From NCBI GenBank assembly GCA_963664705.1, contig OY761556.1, positions 2,080,001-2,144,000 of the forward strand: a stretch of DNA of 64,000 nucleotides, read 5' to 3'. The stretch's first letter is position 1. The number at the start of each line of letters is the position of its first letter. The notes below the pieces were generated by a model that saw only the letters and a list, made by a program, of their open reading frames with translations, was not told the origin of the DNA and did no database searches. A program made the position numbers and the translations under genes. Shown here piece after piece: positions 9,756 to 21,382 of the stretch. Source of the stretch: Acidobacteriota bacterium (GTDB lineage: Bacteria > Acidobacteriota > UBA6911).

Positions 9756-10721
9756 TTATCCGTCATCCACAGTCTGACATTGCAGTCGAATTATTTCTTC
9801 CGCCGCGGTAAAAGGATCGGTTTTACGGTCAACGAGCATCCGTGCAAGTTCCTGAATCCGCGCGGCATTGTGTTTATCATTGAGAAGATTCCATCGCGCC
9901 TGCGTGCAAGCCAATTCGAGCAGCCGCTCTTTTTGCGCCTCAATTCTCTGCTCGCGCCTCAAGGCAGAGTTCTGTGAAAATTCCCGAAATGCTTCGATGG
10001 CACGGAGGCACTCGCGAACCCCTACTCCTTCCGAAGCGATCGTCCGAACAACCCCGGGAGTCCAATGGTCTCCGCGCGCACTCATCGACAGCAGCGCCTT
10101 TACTTCCGACTCCACCCGGTCCGCACCGGCATGATCGGATTTGTTTATAACGAAAAGATCGGCAATTTCCATGATCCCCGCCTTCATCATCTGCACATCA
10201 TCTCCCATGCCGGGGACCAGCAGCACTAATGCCATGTCCGCAATTTTGGCGACCTCGACTTCTCCCTGCCCTACTCCAACGGTCTCCAGGAGAATGACAT
10301 CGAACCCGGCCGCATCCAAAACCATCATGGCATCGGATGTCGTGCTCGCGAGGCCACCCATGTGGCCACGCGTTGCCATACTCCGGATGAACGTGCCCGG
10401 ATCAAGACTGCGGGATTGCATTCGGATCCGATCGCCGAGAATCGCGCCGCCGGTAAAGGGACTGGTGGGATCCACCGCAATAATTCCCACTTTCTTACCT
10501 TCAGCCCGATAGGTTTCGGCAAGCCTGTCCACGAGAGTGCTTTTGCCCGCCCCTGGAGCGCCTGTAATCCCTATCGACAGACCTCGCCCGGTGTGGGGAT
10601 AGAGTTCGCGCAGGATAGGAATAACTTCGGGAGATCGGTTCTCAACCAATGTCAAAAACCGCGCAACGGTTCGGAAATCACACGTCAGGATTCGATCGAT
10701 CACTTCACGTTGAGCCTGCAT
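9756..10721 (-). CDS. meaB: Methylmalonyl-CoA mutase-associated GTPase
   Basis: [51 protein letters not shown]. Confidence 0.94.
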   Translation of the reverse strand: MQAQREVIDRILTCDFRTVARFLTLVENRSPEVIPILRELYPHTGRGLSIGITGAPGAGKSTLVDRLAETYRAEGKKVGIIAVDPTSPFTGGAILGDRIRMQSRSLDPGTFIRSMATRGHMGGLASTTSDAMMVLDAAGFDVILLETVGVGQGEVEVAKIADMALVLLVPGMGDDVQMMKAGIMEIADLFVINKSDHAGADRVESEVKALLSMSARGDHWTPGVVRTIASEGVGVRECLRAIEAFREFSQNSALRREQRIEAQKERLLELACTQARWNLLNDKHNAARIQELARMLVDRKTDPFTAAEEIIRLQCQTVDDG

Positions 10722-10769
10722 TTCAGATGCTTTGCTTCCTCGGCTTGAGAAGTAGCGGTTTCTCCAGAC

Positions 10770-11912
10770 CTATTCAAGGATCTCTCTCGCGATGACCATT
10801 CGCTGAATTTCGCTCGTACCTTCTCCAATGGTGCACAATTTTGCATCCCGATAGAACTTTTCCACCGGGAAGTCCTTGATAAATCCATACCCGCCGTGAA
10901 TCTGAACCGCCTCATTGGCCACGCGCACGGCAACCTCACTGGAGAAGAGCTTTGCCATTGACGATTCCTTCGAGGTCTTCTTCCCTTCCTGTTTCAGAAT
11001 CGCGGCACGCTCCGTCAACAATCTGGCCGCTTCAATCTCGGTTGCCATATCCGCAAGTTTGAAGCGTATTGCCTGAAATTGCGCGATCGATTTGCCAAAT
11101 TGCTCCCGCTCTTTTGCATAGCGCAAGGCATTTTCATATGCCCCTTGTGCAATCCCCACACCGAGCGCAGCAATCGATATGCGGCCGCCATCGAGAACCT
11201 TCATGCAGTCGCGGAAGGCCGAACCCTCCTGCCCCAACAGGCTATTCACGGGAATGCGACAATCATCCAGCAGGATGCTTGCAGTATCGCTCGCACGCAT
11301 GCCGAGCTTGTTTTCTTTTTTGCCGATGGAAAGCCCCGGCCTTTCCCGTTCGACGATGAAAGCGGAAATTTCCTTTTTCCGGGGATTCGTCATCGCCATG
11401 ACGACGTAGGTTCCCGCCACCGACGCATTGGTTGTAAAATGCTTGGAGCCATTCAGCACATAAGAATCCCCATCGCGAACAGCCGTCGTTTTCATGCCGC
11501 TCGCATCGCTTCCCGATCCCGCCTCTGTAATCCCCCAGGCCCCGAGCTTCCTTCCGGAAGCCAGGTCAGGCAGGTATCGGCGTTTCTGCTCCGCGGTACC
11601 GAACAGAAAAATATGATTTGAGCACAGGGAGTTGTGAGCGGCTACAAAAAGACCGACCGAGCCGTCGATCCTTGCAAGCTCCTCAATAACGACAATGTAC
11701 TCGGGATAGGAAAGCCCAGCACCGCCGAACTCGGGAGGAATAATCGCGCCCAGGATTCCCATTTCTCCAAGCCTGGACACGATCTCCATTGGGAAATGCT
11801 GCGCTTCATCCCATTCGAGGACATGGGAAGCGATCTCTCCTTCGGCAAATTCCCGAATCGAATTGCGTAAAATGCGGTTCTCTTCCATCGCATCAGAAAC
11901 CATCAGGCTCAT
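10770..11912 (-). CDS. Acyl-CoA dehydrogenase (short/branched-chain type)
   Basis: [53 protein letters not shown]. Confidence 0.93.
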   Translation of the reverse strand: MSLMVSDAMEENRILRNSIREFAEGEIASHVLEWDEAQHFPMEIVSRLGEMGILGAIIPPEFGGAGLSYPEYIVVIEELARIDGSVGLFVAAHNSLCSNHIFLFGTAEQKRRYLPDLASGRKLGAWGITEAGSGSDASGMKTTAVRDGDSYVLNGSKHFTTNASVAGTYVVMAMTNPRKKEISAFIVERERPGLSIGKKENKLGMRASDTASILLDDCRIPVNSLLGQEGSAFRDCMKVLDGGRISIAALGVGIAQGAYENALRYAKEREQFGKSIAQFQAIRFKLADMATEIEAARLLTERAAILKQEGKKTSKESSMAKLFSSEVAVRVANEAVQIHGGYGFIKDFPVEKFYRDAKLCTIGEGTSEIQRMVIAREILE

Positions 11913-12949
11913 GCTCCAAATATTTGCTTAAATTTATCGGCAGCCTGGATGATTTGATCGCGATTTACATCATTATGCGTTACCAGTCGAATCCTGGCTG
12001 AATCCAACAGGGACACCCAAACGCCATGCTCTTTCAGAACTGCCGCCACATTTTCGCTCGTTTGACCGGTTCTCTTGACACCAACCATTAGTATGTTGGT
12101 ACGGACCTTTTCCGGTTCAACATCCAGCACCGCTATTTCTGACAGCAGTTCGGCCATTAAGCGCGCATTCCCATGATCCTCCGCGAGACGCGCCGGCATT
12201 TTTTCAAGAGAAATCAATCCGGCGGCCGCGAGCACACCCACTTGTCGCATTCCGCCGCCCAGCATTTTCCGAACACAACGCGACTGTTCAATAAATTCGG
12301 CAGATCCGACGAGCATTGAGCCAACCGGTGCTGCCAATCCCTTGGATAGACAAAACATGATGGAATCACACTTCGCGGTAAGGCTCGCGACATCCGTTCC
12401 AAGCGCCGTCGCGGCATTGAAAATGCGCGCTCCATCCAGGTGAACCGGAAGTTTGACATCGTGCGCATGGTCGCAGATGTCATCGATTTGGGATTTCTCA
12501 TACAGCGATCCGCCGGCCATGTTGTGCGTATTCTCCAAAGCAATCAACCCCGTCTGCGCCCTGTAATAAATTTTCGGGCGAATTGCAGCCTGAATCCTCT
12601 TCCAATCGAGGATCCCATCCGCCGTCGGAACCGGTCGCGCCAGCACGCCGCTGACTGCCGCCATGGCGGCCATTTCAAATTCGAATATATGCGCGTGGCC
12701 TTCAGTGATCACTTCCTGCCCCGGCTTGGTATGCACATTGATTGCAATCTGATTCCCCATGGTTCCGGAGGGAACAAATAGGGCCGCCTCCTTTCCAAAA
12801 ATAGCCGCAGCCCGCTCCTGCAGGCGGTTTACCGTGGGGTCACCCAGAAATACATCATCTCCCACCTCCGCGGATGCCATTGCGGCGCGCATTTCGGGAG
12901 TTGGCTTTGTAACCGTGTCACTTCTCAGATCGATAGCATTGATGTTCAT
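11909..12949 (-). CDS. ltaE: Low-specificity L-threonine aldolase
   Basis: [41 protein letters not shown] (PLP lysine). Confidence 0.93.
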   Translation of the reverse strand: MNINAIDLRSDTVTKPTPEMRAAMASAEVGDDVFLGDPTVNRLQERAAAIFGKEAALFVPSGTMGNQIAINVHTKPGQEVITEGHAHIFEFEMAAMAAVSGVLARPVPTADGILDWKRIQAAIRPKIYYRAQTGLIALENTHNMAGGSLYEKSQIDDICDHAHDVKLPVHLDGARIFNAATALGTDVASLTAKCDSIMFCLSKGLAAPVGSMLVGSAEFIEQSRCVRKMLGGGMRQVGVLAAAGLISLEKMPARLAEDHGNARLMAELLSEIAVLDVEPEKVRTNILMVGVKRTGQTSENVAAVLKEHGVWVSLLDSARIRLVTHNDVNRDQIIQAADKFKQIFGA

Positions 12950-12955
12950 AGCGAG

Positions 12956-14089
12956 TCAGATAAACAGTTGAAATATTTCGTTGGAGAGCAGCATGCCTGA
13001 TTCCGTAAGACGTATCCTCGAGCCGTTCCGCTCGATCAACCCTCTTGTTGAGAGATCCTGCAAGCCAGGTTCAAATGGTGACAGACTGTCGGCGTCGTAT
13101 TCTTTCATCAACAGTTCCCAATCGACACCCTGTCGAAGACGTAACCCTAAAAACAGAGATTCCGAAAGCGATTGACGTTCGGAAACAACCTCTCGCCACC
13201 CAACCGGACTTTCGCCGGCCAACACCGATTCCGTATAGCGTTCAAGTTGCGCATGATTGCTATATCTGGACGCACCATCAAAAGAATGGCTGCCGACGCC
13301 GAATCCATAAACCGGCCCGCGCTTCCAGTATTTCATGTTATGGCGGCAGATGTGGCCATCTTTTGCAAAGTTGCTGATTTCGTACTGACGCAATCCCCTG
13401 GATTCCAAAAACTCGATCGTTTCCAGGTAAAGGTCGGATACAAAATCCTCCTCAGGCAGACTCACAATGCCGGATTCTACCAACCCTTTCATTGGGCAAT
13501 CATCGTCCAGATCCAGCATATAAACGGAGAGGTGTGGAATGCCAAGAGCAATCACCAATTGCAGATTCTGTCGCCAGCTTTCCACGGTCTGACCCGGCAG
13601 GCCCAGCATCAGGTCGAGGTTAATATTTGAGAATCCGCCCTTTCGCAACTGGATAATTGATCTCTCGATCATCTCCGCATTGTGTACCCGTCCAATGGAT
13701 TTCAGTTCTTCGTTGCAGAAAGACTGCGCCCCCAGAGATATGCGATTAATGCCCGAACGCCGATAGGCGTCCACCTTCTCCCCCGAAAGAGTGCCCGGGT
13801 TTGCTTCCAGGGAAATTTCACAATCCTTCGTTACCTGGAACAGAAGCCTGCAGGAGTTGAGAATTTGTTCTATATGGTGCTCAGGAATCAGGCTGGGCGT
13901 CCCCCCGCCAAAATAAATCGAGTCCACGACCCATTGAGTACTCCCGGGATCGGTGTGCCGCTCCAGTTCGAGAAGAATGGCCCGCTGATAACGCTCCTCG
14001 TCCGACTGGATCCAGGGCCTGCTTATGAAGTGGCAATAGCTGCATTTGGATCGGCAGAATGGAATATGGAAATAAATCCCGCGAGTCAA
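12956..14089 (-). CDS. hemW: Radical SAM heme chaperone HemW (HemN-like)
   Basis: [14 protein letters not shown] (CxxxCxxC), GGGTPS, YEISN, HNMKYW. Confidence 0.9.
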   Translation of the reverse strand: MTRGIYFHIPFCRSKCSYCHFISRPWIQSDEERYQRAILLELERHTDPGSTQWVVDSIYFGGGTPSLIPEHHIEQILNSCRLLFQVTKDCEISLEANPGTLSGEKVDAYRRSGINRISLGAQSFCNEELKSIGRVHNAEMIERSIIQLRKGGFSNINLDLMLGLPGQTVESWRQNLQLVIALGIPHLSVYMLDLDDDCPMKGLVESGIVSLPEEDFVSDLYLETIEFLESRGLRQYEISNFAKDGHICRHNMKYWKRGPVYGFGVGSHSFDGASRYSNHAQLERYTESVLAGESPVGWREVVSERQSLSESLFLGLRLRQGVDWELLMKEYDADSLSPFEPGLQDLSTRGLIERNGSRIRLTESGMLLSNEIFQLFI

Positions 14090-14149
14090 AGTGTCCTATC
14101 CGTTTCCCCCCGCCGGCAATATTGCCAATGGGAGAAGTCAGTGCCGGGT

Positions 14150-14755
14150 TCACGCTGAAGCAGCACCCAGGAGCGTGTCGAGCAAAATAAATTCAACCCC
14201 CGCCTGACGCATTTCCTCGAGAGCTTCCTTTTCCGTTTTTGGAGACAGCCCCTTTGCGGCATCGGTGACCAGCGCCACCGGCACACCCGCACGGCGAATG
14301 CCCAGGCATGCAAGTTTCACACAATACTCTGTGGCCACCCCGAAAACGATCGCATGCGGGGGCAAAACGCGCAACAGTCGCTCGGATACCGGGTTGGTGA
14401 ACATATCCAGAGCCTGCTTTTCAATGATGATCTGCTGATGCTTTCTCAAGGCGTCCATCAAATTGCGATCCGCAGGTTTGTTCGCGATGACAAGCGGTCG
14501 AGGCAACAGAGTCTCATCAAGTTTTCGTTGCCCATCTGTTCCAGCTACGCAATGAGGCGGAAATTGCGCAAATTCCGGATCGGCCGCCACGTGCGCATCC
14601 GTGGTGGAAAGTATCGATATTTGATTTTTCTTTGCGAAATCAAAGAGCCGGCGCAGTTTTGGAATAATTCGCTCTGCTCCGGGGACATAGAGGGAGCCCG
14701 TTGAGAGCATAAAATCACGCTGCGTATCCACATCCACAAAAAAGATATTCTTCAT
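14150..14755 (-). CDS. Nicotinamidase / isochorismatase-family cysteine hydrolase
   Basis: VDVDTQRDF, DAH, FPPHCV, GVATEYCV. Confidence 0.88.
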   Translation of the reverse strand: MKNIFFVDVDTQRDFMLSTGSLYVPGAERIIPKLRRLFDFAKKNQISILSTTDAHVAADPEFAQFPPHCVAGTDGQRKLDETLLPRPLVIANKPADRNLMDALRKHQQIIIEKQALDMFTNPVSERLLRVLPPHAIVFGVATEYCVKLACLGIRRAGVPVALVTDAAKGLSPKTEKEALEEMRQAGVEFILLDTLLGAASA

Positions 14756-15012
14756 CCCCCTATTATACATCTTCCCGGGACGTACCAAGGCAGGTTGAAT
14801 GGAATCAATAGTTATGGAAAAAGAACGCCCGCGATAGAGCCTTGGAATTTGTTTCTGCCAGCATTTTCAATTCTAGCGAGGATAGGCGGGGACCCAATCC
14901 AAAGACGGGGTTGGAAAATGAAAAGCAGCCCTAGAATGCGCCAGGGACCTCTCTTAAGCGCTTCGGTGCAATATATCATCCGTCCAAGCCGGGCGATCAC
15001 CAGCCGAATAGA

Positions 15013-16002
15013 TTACCTGGATGAAATAAAGGGAATTGCGTCGCTTCGAGATTGAATTTCATGGAGCGGGCGGATGCCCGATCGGGCGCCGAGATAACCG
15101 CAGCTTAAACCGGCGGCAACATTTGCAAACCGCATGATCTGCTCCAGGGGCCAGTTCTGAAGAAGCCCATAGAGGAAACCTCCGTGGAAAATGTCTCCCG
15201 CGCCCGTTGTGTCGACGGCATCCACCTTCAAGCCAGGGAATGTCACACACTGATCGTCAATCCAGGTCAATGCCCCGCCGGATCCAACCGTTACGGCCAG
15301 AAAACCGCTAAAGCATTTACGAAGCTCCCGCAAGGCTCGCGCCGGGTCGTCTATTCCGGTGAACTCCACAGGGAAATTTGAGCTGACGATAAGAAAGTCA
15401 ATTTTCTCAATCAATTTCTCACAGTTGGGAAAGGCCTTGTCCAGATCAATACTGACCGGGATCCCCTCTTCCTGGCACCATGCGGCTGCCGCTGCTGATC
15501 CCTCCATGTCATACCCATCGAGATGCAGAATCCGGCCGGCGCAGACGTCACTCCGGATCAGTTCAGAGGCCTGGAAATCCAATCCGCTCTTCCTTTGAGA
15601 GAGAATTGTCCTTTCCCCGCTGTCTTTTTCGACGACAATGACCGCGAACTGATTCTCGGCCTTCTCTTCAACTATTACCGATGAAATATCGATCGATTCA
15701 GTAACAAAGCTCTCCAGCGAGAACCGGCCGATCTCATCTCCCCCCACTTTTCCTATATATTTGGTCTTCAGCCCCATGCGTGCCAGAAATGTCAGGGCTG
15801 TTGCCACCTGCCCGCCGGCAAGCCTGGAATATTGCAGAATTTCCGTTTTGGATTGAAGCGCGGGGAATTTTTGTACAATGCAAAGGTGATCGACCGAATT
15901 CGTGCCAAAACCCACGACATCAAATCGCCGGGATCGGGAAAACTCAAGATCAAATCGGTGCGACGATGTCCTGGGCTGAATCACTTTCATGCCATCGATC
16001 AT
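15013..16002 (-). CDS. PfkB-family carbohydrate kinase
   Basis: AGGQVATA, GKVGGD, DTTGAGDIFHGG. Confidence 0.9.
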   Translation of the reverse strand: MIDGMKVIQPRTSSHRFDLEFSRSRRFDVVGFGTNSVDHLCIVQKFPALQSKTEILQYSRLAGGQVATALTFLARMGLKTKYIGKVGGDEIGRFSLESFVTESIDISSVIVEEKAENQFAVIVVEKDSGERTILSQRKSGLDFQASELIRSDVCAGRILHLDGYDMEGSAAAAAWCQEEGIPVSIDLDKAFPNCEKLIEKIDFLIVSSNFPVEFTGIDDPARALRELRKCFSGFLAVTVGSGGALTWIDDQCVTFPGLKVDAVDTTGAGDIFHGGFLYGLLQNWPLEQIMRFANVAAGLSCGYLGARSGIRPLHEIQSRSDAIPFISSR

Positions 16003-16020
16003 ACTGCATGAGTCAGAAAT

Positions 16021-16677
16021 TCAGGAGTCCGAAGTCTGAATTTCCGATCCGGGCATTCTTCCCGCATTCACCAGGCCTGCATCCGCAAAACTATAATAGT
16101 CATCATAGCCAAAGACGATGTGGTCCAAAACTCTGATGCCGAGGATTTGCCCGGCATGAACCAGTCGCTGGGTACAGTCTCTGTCCTCCCGGCTTGGTGC
16201 AGGATCGCCAGATGGATGATTGTGAATGAAGATTAGAGATGCCGTACTATCCCGGACAGCCGGAGCAAATACTTCCCGTGGATGCACCACCGAGGTGCTC
16301 AGGCTCCCGATCGACACAAGCACTTCCCGGATAAGTTGGTTCTTTGAATTGAGATGCAGCGAAAAGAAATGCTCCTTGTTGGCGCTAAAAAAGCGTGCGC
16401 GGTATCGGTGATACAGCTCGCGGCTGTTGCAGAATCGCTCTCCGGCGCGCAATGGCACAGAACAAACCTGGCGCCCCAGTTGAAGGGAGGCGTAGAGGGA
16501 CATCGCTTGCCGCTCGGATAGTTTTCCAGCCTGGCGCATTTCCTCCTGCGTTGCCTGCGCGAGCGCCTGCGCCGAACCGAAATGCTGCAGCAATCTTTGC
16601 GATGCAGCATAGGAAGCCTGGCTCGAATGACCTCTTCCGAGAACGTCTGTAAGCAGATCGATGATTTCAGAAGCCAT
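16021..16677 (-). CDS. radC: RadC / JAB-domain protein (UPF0758)
   Basis: KEHF, VHPREVF, HNHPSGDPAPSRED, LDHIV; HhH-like N-terminal part. Start uncertain (ORF track gives 16803). Confidence 0.9.
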   Translation of the reverse strand: MASEIIDLLTDVLGRGHSSQASYAASQRLLQHFGSAQALAQATQEEMRQAGKLSERQAMSLYASLQLGRQVCSVPLRAGERFCNSRELYHRYRARFFSANKEHFFSLHLNSKNQLIREVLVSIGSLSTSVVHPREVFAPAVRDSTASLIFIHNHPSGDPAPSREDRDCTQRLVHAGQILGIRVLDHIVFGYDDYYSFADAGLVNAGRMPGSEIQTSDS

Positions 16678-16684
16678 ATGTTCA

Positions 16685-16712
16685 AATGACGAAGGACGAA
16701 TGACGAATGGCG
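16685..16712. repeat. Heptamer tandem repeat (AATGACG-like x4)
   Basis: aatgacg aaggacg aatgacg aatggcg. Confidence 0.7.
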
Positions 16713-16812
16713 ACTTGAGCAAAAAGGCCGTTCCCTTTTTGCTCATACATCTAATGCAGAGTTTGGAAGAAGTGCCAAGAAAAAGATGGGAGCATGCGGC
16801 CAAACTTCGTAA

Positions 16813-17556
16813 TTACATTGCAAGGCCGCCGTCAGCCTGGAGGACCTGGCCGGTGATATAGCGGGATTCTTCAGAAAGCAGAAATGCCGCAATCCGGGCC
16901 ACCTCTCCGGTGGAACCAAATCGGCCCAAAGGTATATTTTGCTGCATCGAAGAGCGATATTCGTCCGAAAGTCCTTGGGTCATCTCTGTATCAATGACTC
17001 CCAACGCGAGCGCGTTCACGGTAATCCCGCGTCCAGCCAGTTCCCGGGCCAAAGCCTTGGTCATTCCAATCATCCCCGCCTTGGAGGCAGAATAATTCAC
17101 CTGACCGGACATGCCCCTGATTCCGCTTACCGAGGTTATGTTGAGAATGGATCCGGTGCGTGCCCGAATCATGATCGGAGCGACCGCCTTGGAAAAACTG
17201 AACGCTCCTTTCAGATTCGTGTCGATAACGTCGTCCCAGTCCTTTTCATGCATGCGCAGGATCAGTTTGTCACGAACGATTCCGGCATTGTTCACAAGAT
17301 AATCGACACCACCGAATCGCTCCTTCACCTGCTGAACCATGGTCTCCGCTGCCGTGAAATCCTCCGCATTTGCCTTGAAGGCCTCTGCCTTGCGGCCTGA
17401 TCCTTTCAATTCAGCCAAAAGACTCTCCGCGTCACTACTGCTTTTCCAGTAACTGAACGCCACATTGCAGCCTCTGGCCGCAAGTTCGAGGCAAATCGCC
17501 CGCCCGATACCCCGGCTCCCCCCCGTTATAATTGCCGTTCGATTTTCAAAGCTCAC
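16813..17556 (-). CDS. fabG: 3-oxoacyl-ACP reductase (SDR)
   Basis: TGGSRGIG, NNAG, YSASKAG, NIPLGRFG; probable GTG start at 17556. Confidence 0.9.
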   Translation of the reverse strand: MSFENRTAIITGGSRGIGRAICLELAARGCNVAFSYWKSSSDAESLLAELKGSGRKAEAFKANAEDFTAAETMVQQVKERFGGVDYLVNNAGIVRDKLILRMHEKDWDDVIDTNLKGAFSFSKAVAPIMIRARTGSILNITSVSGIRGMSGQVNYSASKAGMIGMTKALARELAGRGITVNALALGVIDTEMTQGLSDEYRSSMQQNIPLGRFGSTGEVARIAAFLLSEESRYITGQVLQADGGLAM

Positions 17557-17605
17557 TGCGGTCCCTCTGCGTTGCCCTGTGCAGGTGTATTCGATCTGTT
17601 CCGTA

Positions 17606-18664
17606 TTAAGCCAGTTCCCGAATGCGCTGACACACTGCATTCCCGGCTTCGACTGTCCCGAGTTGCCCACCGATATCCGGGGTGCATTCATCCTCACGAA
17701 TGCATTCCCGTATCGCCGCCTCGATCAGAATTCCCTCGGCCTTGTATCCCAGGTGATCCAGCAGCATTTGAAGTGAGAGAATGGCGGCAAACGGATTGGC
17801 CAGATTCCTTCCCGCATATTTCGGGGCCGAACCATGCACGGGCTCAAACATGCAAGTTCCTTTGGGGTTCACATTGCCCGATGCTGCTATTCCGAGTCCC
17901 CCCTGCAGCTGCGCGCCCAGGTCTGTGATGATGTCTCCGAACATATTGCTGGTAACGATAACCTCGAACCTTGATGGTTCTCGAATCAGCGCCATGGCCA
18001 GCGCATCGATATAGAGGTGTTCCGATTCTATCTGCGGATACCGCGCGGCTACTTCGACAAAGATCCTCTGCCACAGATCCCCGGTAAAACGAAGCGCATT
18101 GCTTTTGTCCGACATCGTCACGCGCTTGAGCTTATTGCTCACCGCGAACCGGAAGCCGGCATCCAGAATGCGCTCAACCCCCTTGCGAGTGGCAACGCTT
18201 TCCTGGATAGCCATTTCGTCCGGAGTGTCCTTCTTGAAGGTTCCACCAATCCCGACATACAAGTCTTCGGTATTTTCGCGGAATACTGTGAAATCCACGT
18301 CGCTTTCCACGGCCCCCTTCAACGGGCACAGTCTTCGATCCAAGAGCTTTACTGTCCGAATGTTTGCATATAGATCCAGCCCGAAACGGATACCAAACAG
18401 GATATCCACCGCGTGCTTCATGTCCGGAATTCGCGGGTCTCCCAGCGCGCCCAGCAGAATAGCATCAAATTCAGAACGAAATTGATCCAATGCCTCGGGA
18501 GGGAGTGCCACGCCCTCTCTCAGGTAGCGTTCTGCGCCATAGTCAAAGGCCACCGTCTCAATCTTCTTCCCTGATAAATCCGTCAGGGTGCGCAACACCT
18601 TCAATGCTTCCGCGACAACTTCGACACCGATACCATCGCCGGGTATAACCGCTATGCGCGTCAT
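17606..18664 (-). CDS. leuB: 3-isopropylmalate/tartrate dehydrogenase family
   Basis: [38 protein letters not shown]. Confidence 0.8.
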   Translation of the reverse strand: MTRIAVIPGDGIGVEVVAEALKVLRTLTDLSGKKIETVAFDYGAERYLREGVALPPEALDQFRSEFDAILLGALGDPRIPDMKHAVDILFGIRFGLDLYANIRTVKLLDRRLCPLKGAVESDVDFTVFRENTEDLYVGIGGTFKKDTPDEMAIQESVATRKGVERILDAGFRFAVSNKLKRVTMSDKSNALRFTGDLWQRIFVEVAARYPQIESEHLYIDALAMALIREPSRFEVIVTSNMFGDIITDLGAQLQGGLGIAASGNVNPKGTCMFEPVHGSAPKYAGRNLANPFAAILSLQMLLDHLGYKAEGILIEAAIRECIREDECTPDIGGQLGTVEAGNAVCQRIRELA

Positions 18665-18782
18665 AGGTACCTCTCAAGATAAGGCTTCGACACAAGGAAA
18701 GAGGTCAGGGAGGAAAGTCTGCGTGCAATCAGGGCGCGGTATGAATTCATGACCATGCCTGCCGCTCCGGACCAGTCGGCTG

Positions 18783-18956
18783 CTAAAACGGGAAGGGATA
18801 CATCAGCCATCCGGCCACAAAGGAAAGGACAATAAAGGATCCGAAGAGAACCAGAAAATACCGCAGCCGCTCTTCGGACTCACTCTTTCCAATATACGAC
18901 AGAACGAGAGAGGTCAGAATGCTGAAAATAAACATTAATACGAAATGATTTTTCAT
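18783..18956 (-). CDS. Small 2-TM membrane protein (57 aa)
   Basis: Manual translation MKNHFVLMLFFSILTSLVLSYIGKSESEERLRYFLVLFGSFIVLSFVAGWLMYPFPF; ATGA overlap with the upstream gene; below the ORF-track cutoff. Confidence 0.75.
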   Translation of the reverse strand: MKNHFVLMFIFSILTSLVLSYIGKSESEERLRYFLVLFGSFIVLSFVAGWLMYPFPF

Positions 18957-19381
18957 CGCTTTCTGCCAAGCGCTATATCAAAGATATCAACAACGACAAG
19001 CATATTCAGGAGACCCGCAACATAAATAAAAACATTGGCGTAATCAAAGGTATACGCCGTCGGATCTCCCACTCCGGCACCCTTCAGCCAGGGGATCCAA
19101 TACAAAAGCCCGGATCCCGCTTCGGCCAGGAACTTCAGCGTTGAAAACAAATCCCCGAATTCTGGGCCAACCAGCTTCCCCTGCAGCTGAATACCAAGAA
19201 CCAGCATAATAGTAATGCTGCCGAAGAAGACGGCGGCTCGATCCCACTTTCGCAGGATCGCATGCCCAATTCCAGGGATGAAATACCCCGACATACAGGC
19301 AACGATCGTCAACACCAATCCTGCCTGAGGATAAATGGGTTGAGCACCTGCGGTTCCATCAGGGATCTCTTGCGTTTCCAT
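18953..19381 (-). CDS. Membrane protein (DUF6677-like)
   Basis: FIPGIGH motif, about three hydrophobic segments, AGLLNMLVVVDIFD C-terminus. Confidence 0.75.
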   Translation of the reverse strand: METQEIPDGTAGAQPIYPQAGLVLTIVACMSGYFIPGIGHAILRKWDRAAVFFGSITIMLVLGIQLQGKLVGPEFGDLFSTLKFLAEAGSGLLYWIPWLKGAGVGDPTAYTFDYANVFIYVAGLLNMLVVVDIFDIALGRKR

Positions 19382-19616
19382 AGGTAGGCAATCTTACGGG
19401 AAGGAGATGGGGCAGTCAAGTGAAAGCCCTTTGATAACAATGGATTCGCCCGCTCTCGCGGATTTTTTCGGCGAGCGATTGCAAAAGCTATTGTTCTCCG
19501 GTCTGTCAGCCGATAGCGATAATCGAGACATTGCAACTCAATTGGAACCTGACCGCGCCGGTTGGCCGGGCTGCAACCAATGAAGTATTTTTGGACAATA
19601 CTTCCAAAGGACATGT

Positions 19617-20735
19617 ATGAATCTGGATACTTTGCTCAGAGTTATGGTTTCCAAGGGCGCATCCGATTTGCACCTGAAAGTAAACTGCTTTCCCCACGTC
19701 CGGATCAACGGAGAACTCGTGCCCTTGGCCGACCAGGGGAAACTGGGTAAGGAAGATTCGCTGATGATGGCTTTTTCCATCATGAATGCCAAACAAAAAG
19801 AGCGGTTCAGGGATACAGCGGAAGTAGATATCGGCTATGGCGTGCGCGGCCTGGGTAGGTTCCGTGTCAACGTATTCCAGCAACGCGGCAATGTCTCGGT
19901 CGCAATCCGCGCCGTCCCCACCGCTATCTCGACTTTTGAGGAACTCTATCTTCCGGGCATCCTCGAAACCATCACCAACGAGCCCAGAGGATTGGTTCTC
20001 GTGACGGGAACTACCGGATCCGGAAAATCCACGACCATTGCCTCCATGTTGAATTACATCAACCAACACACCATGCGCCACATCATCACCGTGGAAGATC
20101 CGATCGAATTTCTTTACACCGACCGGATGAGCCTGATCAGTCAGCGCGAAATTGGAGTGGATGCCTACAGTTTTGCCGGAGCCCTGCGCAGCGCTCTGCG
20201 TCAGGACCCTGACGTAATCCTCGTCGGTGAAATGCGCGACCTGGAAACAATTGAAACGGCCCTGATTGCCGCCGAAACCGGCCACCTGGTTTTCTCCACC
20301 CTGCATACGCTGGATGCCGTCGAAACTATCAACCGTATCATCGCGGTGTTTCCGATCCACCAGCAAAGACAGATCCGCCTCCAGCTTTCCATGGTGTTGA
20401 AGGCGGTCATCTCCATGCGACTGATGCGCCGGACCGATCTTCCCGGTCGCGTTCCCGCCATCGAAATCATGCGGACAACCGACTTCATTAAGAGCTGCGT
20501 TGTCGATCCCGATAAAACGCGATTGCTGCGCGAAGCCATCGCGGCAGGGACATCCCAGTACGGAATGCAAACCTTCGATCAATCCATCTACGAGCACTGG
20601 AAGGCCGGTCGAATCACGCTGGAAGATGCCTTGAGCTATTCCACGAATCCCGAAGAATTCAAACTCAGGGTGCAGGGCATCTATACAACCAAAGATGCCG
20701 CGATCGAATCGATGGAAAATGAGATGGCGCGTTAG
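19617..20735 (+). CDS. pilT: Type IV pilus retraction ATPase (PilT/PilU family)
   Basis: ASDLHL, GTTGSGKST, TVEDPIE, LRQDPDVILVGEMRD, AETGHLVFSTLHT, GMQTFD. Confidence 0.92.
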   Translation: MNLDTLLRVMVSKGASDLHLKVNCFPHVRINGELVPLADQGKLGKEDSLMMAFSIMNAKQKERFRDTAEVDIGYGVRGLGRFRVNVFQQRGNVSVAIRAVPTAISTFEELYLPGILETITNEPRGLVLVTGTTGSGKSTTIASMLNYINQHTMRHIITVEDPIEFLYTDRMSLISQREIGVDAYSFAGALRSALRQDPDVILVGEMRDLETIETALIAAETGHLVFSTLHTLDAVETINRIIAVFPIHQQRQIRLQLSMVLKAVISMRLMRRTDLPGRVPAIEIMRTTDFIKSCVVDPDKTRLLREAIAAGTSQYGMQTFDQSIYEHWKAGRITLEDALSYSTNPEEFKLRVQGIYTTKDAAIESMENEMAR

Positions 20736-20878
20736 CCCACTGCATTCCGCATACCCGGTGCATTATCTTACCGCCGCATCCATGCCCCTTTAAGGGACCA
20801 TGTCGGCTCTGCAAGTTATTGCGATGTTTTCGCGATGATTCGTGGAATTTGCTCCATGGAATCTGTGATAATCGTGCT

Positions 20879-21382
20879 GTGGACGAAACATTTAAAATTC
20901 TGATGCAAAAGGCCGGGGCGCTGTTGGCACGCCGCGCTTACAGCCGCGCCGAGTTGGGCAATCGCCTCGCCCGATTTGCCGGGGAATTTCCCCTGGATAC
21001 TATTCTGGATCGGCTGGAGCAGCTGAACCTTCTCAATGACGCCGATTATGCGTATAATTTTGCTCTTTGCCGCATGAAGCAGGATGGCTGGGGGCCATCA
21101 AAGATTCAACGCTCCCTCCTCCTCCATCAGGTTGAGCAAAGCATCATTGATGCAGCCCTTTTGAGGGTCGAAAATGAACTGGGCCGGGGCACCGCCATTG
21201 AGCGTTATGTGCAGGAATACTTCGCAAAAAAAGGGCAGCCTGCCGATTTGAAAGCGCTCCGCAGATTCGTTGCGCACCTGGGTCACAAGGGCTTTGATGA
21301 GGATGGCATTGTAAGTGTGTTGAGACGGATGGTTCCCGCAAACCTATGGCACCGATTCGAGACAGGAGAGTCCATTGAATAG
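20879..21382 (+). CDS. recX: Regulatory protein RecX
   Basis: LLARRAYSRAEL, LLNDADYA, WGPSKI, KGF; recX-alaS adjacency. Probable GTG start at 20879. Confidence 0.85.
   Translation: MDETFKILMQKAGALLARRAYSRAELGNRLARFAGEFPLDTILDRLEQLNLLNDADYAYNFALCRMKQDGWGPSKIQRSLLLHQVEQSIIDAALLRVENELGRGTAIERYVQEYFAKKGQPADLKALRRFVAHLGHKGFDEDGIVSVLRRMVPANLWHRFETGESIE

Noticed and set aside
16021-16677. radC as a marker of a mobile island
   Set aside because: It has the chromosomal-type HhH plus JAB architecture, housekeeping neighbours, and no integrase or att sites.
19506-20597. 363-aa antisense ORF over pilT
   Set aside because: Shadow of a conserved gene with biased codon usage; no motifs.
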